NCBI GenBank assembly: GCA_051003195.1 | Contig: JBPCLP010000021.1 | Coordinates: forward strand, 192,001-256,000 | Reading direction: 5' to 3' | DNA: 64,000 nt | DNA from: Candidatus Sumerlaeaceae bacterium | GTDB taxonomy: Bacteria; Sumerlaeota; Sumerlaeia; Sumerlaeales; Sumerlaeaceae | Part shown: positions 19,983 through 28,966 of the stretch, in pieces | Layout: each line of letters begins with the position of its first letter | How positions within the stretch are numbered: position 1 is the stretch's first letter | The notes under the pieces: model-generated | What the model was told of the DNA's origin: nothing | The model's input: only the letters and a program-made list of their open reading frames with translations | The model's database searches: none | Program-made: the position numbers and the translations under genes

Positions 19983-21389
19983 GAACTGGAAATAAAAGAA
20001 CGGCTCGTAGTTGTTGGTCCACGTGACCGCAATCAGCGCGATGAAACACGAGTACACCAGTCCGCGCACCCAGAACGGTTTATCCAGCAGGTACTCGTGT
20101 CGCCTGTGCAGCGCCTCGGGCACATCGATCGCCAGCACCACCGCCATCGCGTACAGCACCAGCCGCTGCCGGTCGGGGTCTGCCTTGAACGTAAACTCGA
20201 AAATCCGGTAAAAGAAATCGAACGACGTCGGAAGGCCTGGCAGGATCGCGAACATATGGCTCATGCTCATTAGCTGAAACGTAAACAGCCCGACGAGAAA
20301 CAGCCAAACCGGCCGCAGATGCATACTGCCCAGCCGCTCCACAAACGCGTCGTACGACTTCCCGATCATCCGCCCGATAGACAGGAACACCCCATTGATC
20401 GTCCCCCACAGCACGTAGTTCCACGTCGGCCCGTGCCACAGTCCGCATAGCGCCATCGTGATCATCAGGTTGCGGTACGTCTGGTACGTCCCGCCGCGGT
20501 TTCCGCCCAGCGAGATGTACACGTAATCGCGCAGCCACGAGCTCAGAGAAATGTGCCACCGCCGCCAGAATTCCGAAATGCCTGCCGAGAAATACGGCCA
20601 TCGGAAATTCTCCTGCAGCCGGAAGCCCATGAACATCGATGCGCCGCGCGCGATATCCGTGTAGCCCGAAAAATCGCAGTACACGCGAATCGCGAACAGG
20701 TAACAGGTCAGCACCAGCTGCCACGAGGAGTATTCCATAGGGTACGTGCGCGCGTGTTCGATCGCCGTGACAATCACATCGGCCACCGCCACCTTCTTTA
20801 CCAGTCCCACCAGGATGAAGTACGTCCCTTCGCCCCAGTCGCGCATCGTCACCTTGCGTCGTTCGAGTATCTGCGGCAGAAGAAAACTGGCGCGCAGGAT
20901 GGGCCCGGCGACGAGGTGCGGCCAGAACGACACAAACACCGCGAAATCCATCAGGCTGCGAACCGGCTTGAGCTTGCCCCGCCAGATGTCGATCGTATAC
21001 GACAGCGTCTGGAACGTATAGAACGAGATGCCGACCGGCAGCACCACCTTCAGCGTCCACCAGTCCGCCGCCCAGCCCAGCCGCAGAAACATCTGCCGCA
21101 CGGCCTCTTCGAAAAAGTTAAAGTACTTGAAGAAGCCCAGCATCCCGAGCTGCCCGATCACGCTGGCATACAGCCATTTCTTCCCATTCGGGCCCGGGAT
21201 TTTCAGGCCGCAATACCAGTCGAGTATCGTTGAGATGGCCAGCAGCCCGCAAAACCGCCAGTCCCAGAACGAGTAAAACACGTAGCTCGAACCCACGAGC
21301 AGGATATTCTGCCAGCGGTGGTTGAACACGTAATACAACCCGACAACGATGGCGAAAAAGATGAAAAACTCGGGTGTGTTAAATACCAA
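19980..21389 (-). CDS. MBOAT family O-acyltransferase (AlgI/DltB-like)
   Basis: LPVGISFYTFQTLSY, PHLVAGPI, YCDFSGYTDIARG, FWRRWHISLSSWLRDYVYI, GLWHG. Confidence 0.95.
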   Translation of the reverse strand: MVFNTPEFFIFFAIVVGLYYVFNHRWQNILLVGSSYVFYSFWDWRFCGLLAISTILDWYCGLKIPGPNGKKWLYASVIGQLGMLGFFKYFNFFEEAVRQMFLRLGWAADWWTLKVVLPVGISFYTFQTLSYTIDIWRGKLKPVRSLMDFAVFVSFWPHLVAGPILRASFLLPQILERRKVTMRDWGEGTYFILVGLVKKVAVADVIVTAIEHARTYPMEYSSWQLVLTCYLFAIRVYCDFSGYTDIARGASMFMGFRLQENFRWPYFSAGISEFWRRWHISLSSWLRDYVYISLGGNRGGTYQTYRNLMITMALCGLWHGPTWNYVLWGTINGVFLSIGRMIGKSYDAFVERLGSMHLRPVWLFLVGLFTFQLMSMSHMFAILPGLPTSFDFFYRIFEFTFKADPDRQRLVLYAMAVVLAIDVPEALHRRHEYLLDKPFWVRGLVYSCFIALIAVTWTNNYEPFFYFQF

Positions 21390-21731
21390 TTCGGCTACTC
21401 TGGGAGCAACGTGGCAGCGCCACGCGAACGGTTGGAATGCTTTGCACGCACAATCGCTCGAAGCTGAACAGCAATGCCTCCACTACAAGCCGAATTTTCC
21501 GGCTCGCGCTGGTAGGCGGGGTGCCGTGCAATGGGCGGCATCCGCCCCGCGAAGTTTAGAAACTGCATTTGCATGCGACCTCAGACGCGCTCCCCCGCCC
21601 GCGCGATGACAATAGCCAACACCGAAGGATGCTTTGTAATGCCGCCTGCACCGTCGCAGTTCACAATACATAGCAGCGGCCGGTCTGGTTTCTTTAAATA
21701 ATTCCGCTACAGCGGTCTACCTGATCTTCTA

Positions 21732-23507
21732 GTGCGTAACTTTCTACGACTTCTCCTCCCATTCGCAATTGTCGCTTTTCATCTGTCGACGGCACACGCA
21801 CAGCAAACCATCGCCGACGCCGAGTGGTTCCAGCGGACCATAGCGCTGGGTGTTGTGTGGAAACACTACCAGTTCGACACGCTGTTCGGCTCGAAGCAAA
21901 GCATCAGCGTCATTGAAGCCGACCTCAGCAATCCCAACGTCGTGGTTCGTCTCCCGTATCTTACAAACACCCGCGCCAAAACCAGCGTATTTACCCCGCA
22001 GCAGTATCCCGCGGCGGCGGCCGCCGTGAACGGCACTTTCTTCGACACCTCTCCCGGTTCGGGCGGCTGCACCACCTACCTGCGCGCCAATGGCACTCTA
22101 ATTACTCCTGAGCAGCAGGGCGGAATGGCCGTCGATGGCGGCATGTGCCAGACGGCCCCCAACGTTGTCACGGGCGACCAGACCGTAACGGTAGAGCCGC
22201 GTCCCGTCTCTGGCTGGGACAGCAAGCCCACGGGACCACTCGGTGTCAGCGACATCCTCGTGCAAGGCCCCCTCATCCTTCTCAATAATGCGACTGCCAG
22301 TTTCACCAATTATACCTCGCACTGCGCGCCCCGGCATCCGCGCACCATGGTTGGCGTGACGAATACGAACAAGCTGATTCTTGTGACCGCCGACGGCCGC
22401 ACCGACGGCGCCGCGGGACTCACCTGCGACGAGATGGCGACCGTTATGCGCGACCTCGGCTGCGACGATGCCACCAGCCTCGATGGTGGAGGTTCGACCA
22501 CCATGTGGGTGCGCGGCGAGGAGAACGGTGGCGTTGTAAACTATCCGTCGGATAACGGGGTGTACGATCACCTCGGCGAACGCTCATGCTCCAATGCGAT
22601 CGCCATCATTTCGCCCGCCGCTCCGCCCGCTGCGCTCGACGCGCGGATTCTCAGCGCCAAGTATTTCCCGGCAGTCATTGGCGGCACCAGCCAGACCGTG
22701 ACGCTTTCCTACCGCAACATTGGCACGCAAACCTGGACCGCGGCAAACACCAAACTCAAAGTCACGCGGCCCCGCACCCGAACCAGTCCATTTGCGGCGG
22801 ACTCCGCGTGGCCGGCCACCGACACTCCCGCCCTGCTGCCTTCCGCAACTGTCGCCCCCGATGCTGTTACCACCTTTTCGTTTGTCATGACGGCGCCCGT
22901 TGTGCCCGCACCCACCATTTACTACGAGCACTTCGGCCTGTACGAGGAGGGTGTTGGCCCGTTTGGCCCTGCCGATAACGAGCCTCGCCTCAAGATCACC
23001 GTCTCGCCACAATCGGTGCCCACCACGGGCGTGATAGTTATCGAAAGCCGTCTTGGCGGCAAGAACTACCAGTGGTACGCGGAAAACGGAGTGTGGGCCG
23101 ATTCCGCGACCAACTGCACCACCCCCGACGCCACCGGCAACATCGGCATGCGGTGGGGCTCCACCTATAGGTCCGTTGCCGGCGCAAAGTCCGCCACCTA
23201 CACGCCCGACTTTGCCGAGCAGACCACGTGCGGCGTCTTCGTCACATGGGGCAACGGCGGCAGCCGCAGAAATCCCGTCACCTACGAAGTCATTGATGCC
23301 AATGGGACAACGAAGTATCTCGTCGACCAGACCGGGACTCCCAATGTGTGGCAACGCCTTGGCGCCCACACCTTCTACGCGGGTACCAGCGGGTATGTGC
23401 GCGTCAGCAATTCCGATATCGACGCCAGCGGAAGCATGTATTCGGCAGCGGTCCGGTTCGATCCGGAAAACGTGCCGGTATCGGTTTCCACGTTCAGTAT
23501 GGAGTGA
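21732..23507 (+). CDS. Secreted phosphodiester glycosidase (NAGPA) family protein with Ig-like and carbohydrate-binding-like C-terminal domains
   Basis: AVNGTFF, RHPRTMVG, ADGR, LDGGGST, VVNYPSD; signal peptide; ends PVSVSTFSME. Confidence 0.85.
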   Translation: MRNFLRLLLPFAIVAFHLSTAHAQQTIADAEWFQRTIALGVVWKHYQFDTLFGSKQSISVIEADLSNPNVVVRLPYLTNTRAKTSVFTPQQYPAAAAAVNGTFFDTSPGSGGCTTYLRANGTLITPEQQGGMAVDGGMCQTAPNVVTGDQTVTVEPRPVSGWDSKPTGPLGVSDILVQGPLILLNNATASFTNYTSHCAPRHPRTMVGVTNTNKLILVTADGRTDGAAGLTCDEMATVMRDLGCDDATSLDGGGSTTMWVRGEENGGVVNYPSDNGVYDHLGERSCSNAIAIISPAAPPAALDARILSAKYFPAVIGGTSQTVTLSYRNIGTQTWTAANTKLKVTRPRTRTSPFAADSAWPATDTPALLPSATVAPDAVTTFSFVMTAPVVPAPTIYYEHFGLYEEGVGPFGPADNEPRLKITVSPQSVPTTGVIVIESRLGGKNYQWYAENGVWADSATNCTTPDATGNIGMRWGSTYRSVAGAKSATYTPDFAEQTTCGVFVTWGNGGSRRNPVTYEVIDANGTTKYLVDQTGTPNVWQRLGAHTFYAGTSGYVRVSNSDIDASGSMYSAAVRFDPENVPVSVSTFSME

Positions 23508-23573
23508 CGATTCGAACTCTCTGACATCACTGCGCAAGAGCAGTCGAAAGCGGTGCGCGCAGAAAAAGCAGGG

Positions 23574-24650
23574 TCAGATATTTTTCAGCTTCTCGGTTTG
23601 CTCCTCAAGAATAAGCGGCTCGATCACGGGATTCAGATCGCCTTCCATGATGCGATCGAGACTGTAGAGTGTCAGGTTGATGCGGTGGTCGGTGAGACGG
23701 TTCTGCGGAAAGTTGTAAGTGCGGATGCGTTCGCTGCGGTCGCCGCTGCCGACCATCCCCTTGCGCGTCGCAGCCTGCTCGGCGTGCTGCTTCTGCATCT
23801 CCACCTCGAGGATGCGGCTGCGCAGCACTTTCAGCGCCTTCGCCTTGTTCTTGTGCTGGCTCTTCTCATCCTGGCACGAGACCACCGTGCCGGTCGGTAT
23901 GTGCGTGATGCGCACTGCCGAGTCGGTCGTATTGACGCTCTGGCCGCCCGGTCCCCCTGAACGGAACACATCGATGCGCAGGTCGTCCGGCTTGATCACG
24001 ACGTCCACTTCCTCCGCTTCGGGCAGCACCGCCACCGTAGCCGCGGATGTATGGATGCGCCCTTGCGCCTCGGTCGTCGGTACGCGCTGCACGCGGTGCG
24101 TGCCGGCCTCGAATTTCATGCGGCTGTACACCCGCTCGCCCGTCACGCTGAAAATGACTTCCTTGAAACCGTTCAGCCCTGTCTCATTGCTCGACAGCAG
24201 CTCGGTCTTCCAACCCTTCTTTTCGCAATAGTAATTGTACATACGGAAGAGGTCGAAAGCGAACAGCGCCGCTTCGTCTCCGCCCGTTCCGGCGCGGATT
24301 TCGATGATGATATTCTTCTCGTCCAGCGGATCCCTTGGCACGAGCAGGAACTGGATGTCCTTCATGAGGGTTTCATGGATGCCTTCGAGTTCCTCAAGTT
24401 CCAGGCGCGCCATCTCCGCCATGTCGGGGTCCGGATCATTGGCAAGGCTTCGTGCCTGTTCGAGCCGGCTCTCGACGTCGTGGTACTCTCGAATCTTCGC
24501 GACGACCTGCGCGAGATCGGAGTGCGACTTCGAGAGCTGGCGGAGCTTGCCCGGATCGCTGGCGAGGGAAGGATCACTCAGTTGCGCTTCAATGGAGCCG
24601 AAGCGCTCTTCTACGTCGCGGAACCGCTGGCTGAGATCGGGCGTGGTCAT
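23574..24650 (-). CDS. prfA: Peptide chain release factor 1
   Basis: EIRAGTGGDEA, HRVQRVPTTE (PxT), GPGGQSVNTTDSAVR, RTYNFPQNR. Confidence 0.98.
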   Translation of the reverse strand: MTTPDLSQRFRDVEERFGSIEAQLSDPSLASDPGKLRQLSKSHSDLAQVVAKIREYHDVESRLEQARSLANDPDPDMAEMARLELEELEGIHETLMKDIQFLLVPRDPLDEKNIIIEIRAGTGGDEAALFAFDLFRMYNYYCEKKGWKTELLSSNETGLNGFKEVIFSVTGERVYSRMKFEAGTHRVQRVPTTEAQGRIHTSAATVAVLPEAEEVDVVIKPDDLRIDVFRSGGPGGQSVNTTDSAVRITHIPTGTVVSCQDEKSQHKNKAKALKVLRSRILEVEMQKQHAEQAATRKGMVGSGDRSERIRTYNFPQNRLTDHRINLTLYSLDRIMEGDLNPVIEPLILEEQTEKLKNI

Positions 24651-24784
24651 GGCGCGGCATGATTACCGCGCCCGCTCTGGGTTATTGCCTCGCATCGCAG
24701 GCGTGCATGAGTGCCGGAATGCAGTTGCACCGCCCAAACGTGCGCGTATGGCATCGCAACAGTTTCGCCATGTAAGGAGCAGTC

Positions 24785-25879
24785 TTGGACCAGACGAGGC
24801 AACTGGAGCGCTACATTTTCCGCCGGCCGCTGTGGCGCAAGGCTGTACCCGTTTTTCTGCTCACGGTGATATGGCTGCTACCGCTGTTCATATGGAAGGG
24901 CCACCTGCTCCCGGTGGACGAGACCCCGTTTGAAGGATGGCCCCAGAAGGGGCACGACTGGCTGAACAGGTTCGGCATCGACATGCGCCGCGCGCTTGTA
25001 GGCACCGGCGCTATCAGCGCGCTGCTCGTGTTGTGGCTTTTCACCGGCATGCAGACGCTCATTATCACACCTGAGGCCGTCATCCGCCGGCTTCCGCTGG
25101 GCATTCGGCGTACGCTTCGCTGGATCGATATCGATGAAGTGCTTATCGATCTCGTCGAAGCGCGTTTCGAGGGCGACGTGACCGCACGAAAAACCCTCTA
25201 CCTTTATTCCATCCCGCGCGGCCTGTTTAAAACCCGCAGGAAGCTGACGATCAAAAGCCGCCACTTCGAAGGTTACGACGACGTCGAGCGGATCGCGGTG
25301 CAGGTGTCAGTTCCGGCTGTCGCCGCGCGACTCCGCGAGCGAATCAATCATACGCGCAAGCCCGCGCTTTTTCCAGTGCGCGAACCGGGGGAAGGGCTTT
25401 TCGCTTTCCTGCTGTTTTGCGGCGGAATCTTCGTACTCTTCGCCGCCGCCTACGATCCGTTCTGGTCCTATAAACTCGTGCAGCAGGTGCTCTCGCCCGA
25501 TTACCAGAGGTTCGTCCGTCCGCCGCTCGCCGCGATCGCGGTTATTGTGATGTTTACTTCGTTCCTCAGGTTCTTCTATAAACAGATCGGCGTCGACGCC
25601 GAGAATATTTACGTGCTCGTGCGAAAATACGTACGCCGCCGCATACCAATCGACACGGTTGCCGACATCCAGATCCACGACAACCAGATGCGCATTTATG
25701 CTTTTACGAAAGATCCTGAAATTCCGCGCCAGGTTTTCAAAACGAATCGGTTCATCCGCAACCGCGGCGTCCTGCTGCGTCTGATCCGCGAAGAATACGA
25801 AGCCCGCCGTGCCACGGACGATGCACCCATTGCAACGACGCGGCCTTCAATGGGAAATGATCGCCCCGCGGAAAGTTGA
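24785..25879 (+). CDS. Hypothetical membrane protein (two TM-hairpin plus soluble-domain units)
   Basis: TAAGGAG RBS before TTG at 24785; four hydrophobic segments, each pair followed by a beta-rich region. Confidence 0.7.
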   Translation: MDQTRQLERYIFRRPLWRKAVPVFLLTVIWLLPLFIWKGHLLPVDETPFEGWPQKGHDWLNRFGIDMRRALVGTGAISALLVLWLFTGMQTLIITPEAVIRRLPLGIRRTLRWIDIDEVLIDLVEARFEGDVTARKTLYLYSIPRGLFKTRRKLTIKSRHFEGYDDVERIAVQVSVPAVAARLRERINHTRKPALFPVREPGEGLFAFLLFCGGIFVLFAAAYDPFWSYKLVQQVLSPDYQRFVRPPLAAIAVIVMFTSFLRFFYKQIGVDAENIYVLVRKYVRRRIPIDTVADIQIHDNQMRIYAFTKDPEIPRQVFKTNRFIRNRGVLLRLIREEYEARRATDDAPIATTRPSMGNDRPAES

Positions 25880-25941
25880 TCTACCGCCGAGTGGCAGGAA
25901 GCACCTCGTAGATCCCATGCACAAACCCCCGAAGCCTTAAG

Positions 25942-26205
25942 CTACGAATATCCGCGAGTATATGCATCGTGACCGCCGATCCAAAACCAGGTAACAGTGT
26001 CAGACTCCAGGATACCAAGTGCCCGGTTACTGCGACTAATCCTTACCGACCAAATATCTTCATTCGAGTTTACGCACTTAAAATGCAATGACGGATGAAA
26101 TGGGCTTTCGGACCAAAGTTGATACGCTTTCCGCGCGCTTTTACGGGTGTTTTCGTCCAGCAATTCATACGCGTCCCAAAAAGATGGGAGCGTAGCGGAC
26201 CTCAC
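25942..26205 (-). CDS. RelE/ParE-superfamily toxin
   Basis: 87 aa with FW..Y..L, HPSLHFK, WSVRI...RALG, WFWIGGHD; start overlaps the upstream stop (GTGA). Confidence 0.8.
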   Translation of the reverse strand: MRSATLPSFWDAYELLDENTRKSARKAYQLWSESPFHPSLHFKCVNSNEDIWSVRISRSNRALGILESDTVTWFWIGGHDAYTRGYS

Positions 26206-26432
26206 AGCTTATCAGGATCCAATGGTTCTGCACGACCAGCACGGATCTGCTCTTTTGCGCGGCGTCCTGCCTCGCCCAGTTTATTCTGCGTGGTTGCAAA
26301 CGAGTGGTCCCATTGCAGTTCGTCACGAAGGTCTTCTATGTATTCCCGTAAGTGATCGGCAACGCGCTCCTGCGCCGATTCGGGCAATGATTCGAGAATC
26401 TTTGTCACGGTAGCTACAGCCGATGAACTCAT
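26202..26432 (-). CDS. Putative cognate antitoxin
   Basis: 76-aa helical protein (LESLPESAQERVA...DELQWDHSF...IRAGRAEPL) coupled to the toxin gene. Confidence 0.75.
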   Translation of the reverse strand: MSSSAVATVTKILESLPESAQERVADHLREYIEDLRDELQWDHSFATTQNKLGEAGRRAKEQIRAGRAEPLDPDKL

Positions 26433-26529
26433 AAAAGCGGTCCGTTCCTTTCCTGCGCTGGTTCCTGCAACCTGATACACTTGAACAGTGGCGGCATTTT
26501 GCCAGACACTACTACCAGATACCACTCAC

Positions 26530-28428
26530 CTACTCCGCCTTCAGCCAGTCTTCCAGACCCAGCCGAATTCCTGACGCCATTTTCTGCTGAAACGCGGGTT
26601 CGAGCATCAGCGCTTCTTCCATTGGGTTGGAAATGAACGCCTGCTCGACAAGCACCGCCGGCATCCACGTCAGGATCCGGATTGGAGGATAGTTGAAGTT
26701 GCCCACCGTTCCGTAAGGTGCGAGGCCCGTCTGCTCGAGGATGTGCATGTGAATCGCCGCGGCGAGATCATGGTTGAACGGGTGCTTGTAGAACATCGCG
26801 TTGCCGGCCACGGCCAGGTAACCGCGCGGCGTGCCGGCGGAGTTGCAATGGATGCTGACAAACAATTCCGCGTTCGCGTCCATGGCGCGTTGCGCGCGTT
26901 TGCCCAGCGCCACGCTTTCATCCTCCATGCGTGTCTGCACAACTTTCGCCCCTGCAGCCGTGAGCTGAGCCTCGACGACTTTAGAGACCGATAGCGTAAT
27001 GTCCTTCTCACGCGAACCGGTGATACCGCCAGCACCCGTGTTGGTGCCGCCGTGTCCGGCTTCCACCGCGACCGTGAGCCCTGCCAGGGGCGAAACAGCC
27101 CCTGCCTGCAGAGTCGGCGGCCTGCGGATCGTCACCTTCAGGCTGCCCGTCGTCACTTCCCATTTGTAGCCCCACACGCGTTTGCCGTGCAGGTTTGCCG
27201 TCACGCGCAGGTGATCGCTCGCCACCTGGTCAATGGTCACCTGCCGCACAACCTTTCCCGGACGGCGATGAGTGATCCACGTGCAGGCATGATGCGCACC
27301 GTAGAAGTCCACCGTGATGGCCGGGCTGCCGTCCTTGTCACTTGCAACGACATCGCGCACGACAAAAGGCACCGGTGAGGGGTACGGAAACAGCAGCGCC
27401 TCGTCGCCTTGCGCGGTAATGGTGGTGTTCATGTCCGTAAACTCCAGGTGCGGAATCGCGGTGCCCGCAGATGCCGGTTCCACCTGGTAGGCAGGGATCC
27501 ACGCGGTTTGATCGGTCGAAAGCTGCACCTTAAGATTGAACCCGCGGCGACCAACGACGCGAAGTGCCGTTCCGCTGGTCAGTTCCGCCAGGTAGGGGCC
27601 ACCCAGCCGCACTTCGGTCAGGCCGTACGCCAGTTGCCCGATTTCATCCGCTTTCACACGCACGAGCTGTGGTGGCCCGCTCTCCGGCATTACCATCACG
27701 CGCGATTTCGTCTCCACAAGCAGGGGCGGCGTTGCGTCGTTGCCGGGTGAAGTTCCTGCGTGCATGCGAAGCATGATGGGGTGGCTGGTGCTGGCATCCA
27801 CGCCCGCGCCCGGCGCTGCAACGCGAACCGTGCCACGATAGAGTCCGCTCGGTCCGGGCGTTAGCGCGTCCACAACCTCGCCCATCGGCGTCCAGCTGCC
27901 ACCGGCCAGCATGAACTCCGCCGTGTTGCCCGGCGCGCCGGTGAAACTTACTTCAAGGGGTTCGCCTGGCATCAGCCCGACGTTCTCGGCCGGCACGATC
28001 GACTCGGCGTCAATCGCGAGCGGCAGCGAGGGCGAAGTCGTCTTCACTTCTTCCTGTACACGCGTGATCTGGATGGTGCGCTCCAGCGGGGCCGAACCGG
28101 TCGTCTCCACGCGCAATGCGATGGTGTTCGCGCCCATCTCCAGTGGAATGTTGTCGCGCACAAAAACACCCGTGCTGTAGACCGGCACCATCGTGCCGTT
28201 GATGGTGGCCTTCGTGGCGGTGCCTGCTGCTACGCGCGCACCCACATGCGCCATCGGCCTGGTCGACGTAGTCGATTCGCTCGTCGGTCCAATCAGTGTA
28301 ATCGCATGCGTGCTTGCAGCCTCGTCGGCCGTGCGTCGGCTGCCGCGCGGGCCACGCTGCGCGAAACTCACCGCTGCAACGGACGTCACGACTAATGAAA
28401 TTCCAGCTGCCCGGCAGAACCTGCGCAT
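26530..28428 (-). CDS. N-acetylmuramoyl-L-alanine amidase (Amidase_3) with N-terminal accessory domains
   Basis: AGHGG, REKD, FVSIHCNS, PAVLVEQAFISN; signal peptide. Confidence 0.9.
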   Translation of the reverse strand: MRRFCRAAGISLVVTSVAAVSFAQRGPRGSRRTADEAASTHAITLIGPTSESTTSTRPMAHVGARVAAGTATKATINGTMVPVYSTGVFVRDNIPLEMGANTIALRVETTGSAPLERTIQITRVQEEVKTTSPSLPLAIDAESIVPAENVGLMPGEPLEVSFTGAPGNTAEFMLAGGSWTPMGEVVDALTPGPSGLYRGTVRVAAPGAGVDASTSHPIMLRMHAGTSPGNDATPPLLVETKSRVMVMPESGPPQLVRVKADEIGQLAYGLTEVRLGGPYLAELTSGTALRVVGRRGFNLKVQLSTDQTAWIPAYQVEPASAGTAIPHLEFTDMNTTITAQGDEALLFPYPSPVPFVVRDVVASDKDGSPAITVDFYGAHHACTWITHRRPGKVVRQVTIDQVASDHLRVTANLHGKRVWGYKWEVTTGSLKVTIRRPPTLQAGAVSPLAGLTVAVEAGHGGTNTGAGGITGSREKDITLSVSKVVEAQLTAAGAKVVQTRMEDESVALGKRAQRAMDANAELFVSIHCNSAGTPRGYLAVAGNAMFYKHPFNHDLAAAIHMHILEQTGLAPYGTVGNFNYPPIRILTWMPAVLVEQAFISNPMEEALMLEPAFQQKMASGIRLGLEDWLKAE

Positions 28429-28559
28429 CTTATTACTCCGTCACGAGACATTTCCGCGACATTCCACGGGCTGGAAACTAAATAACCAGCGAAATAGAGA
28501 GCATCCCCAGCGTCTGTTAACCTGCCCCATCCAATCGTGGCTCCCGTGATGCTTCAGCA

Positions 28560-28830
28560 GGCAACTGGTCGGTGTGTTGCGCCTGATCTGCACCGCGAGC
28601 GTTAGCGAGTGACCAGAGATTCGGGCGGGGCAGATGCGGGCCGTGCTTGCCCATGGTGCGGCAACTGGTCGGTGTGTTGCACCGCGAGCGTTAGCGAGTG
28701 ACCAGAGATTCGGGCGGGGACGAAATGCCTACCGATTTGCAAAGTTGGGTGGGTCTGCGGGAGCGGGGCGCATGGGCACTCGCTAACGCTCGCGGTGCAG
28801 ATTCTCGGCGCAGGGGCGCTCGCGGTGCAG
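28560..28830. repeat. REP-like cluster
   Basis: TGCACCGCGAGCGTTAGCGAGTG at 28589 and 28678, inverted at 28777-28799, partial at 28817-28829; GCAACTGGTCGGTGTGTTGC repeated at 28561 and 28661. Confidence 0.85.
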
Positions 28831-28966
28831 GCCAGATTCGTGAGCCTTTTCGAGCGGCCCCCAGCAGGTCTACGCAATTAACAACTCGGCGTACATTCTG
28901 CACCAGCTCAATGTACCCGCGGTGATTACTGCGGCGCAGCCCGACTGGACGCTGTACGAGTAGTCC

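Noticed and set aside
25880..26520. Possible inverted ends flanking the toxin-antitoxin pair
   Set aside because: Only TGGCA and a few other bases match; too weak to call a mobile element.
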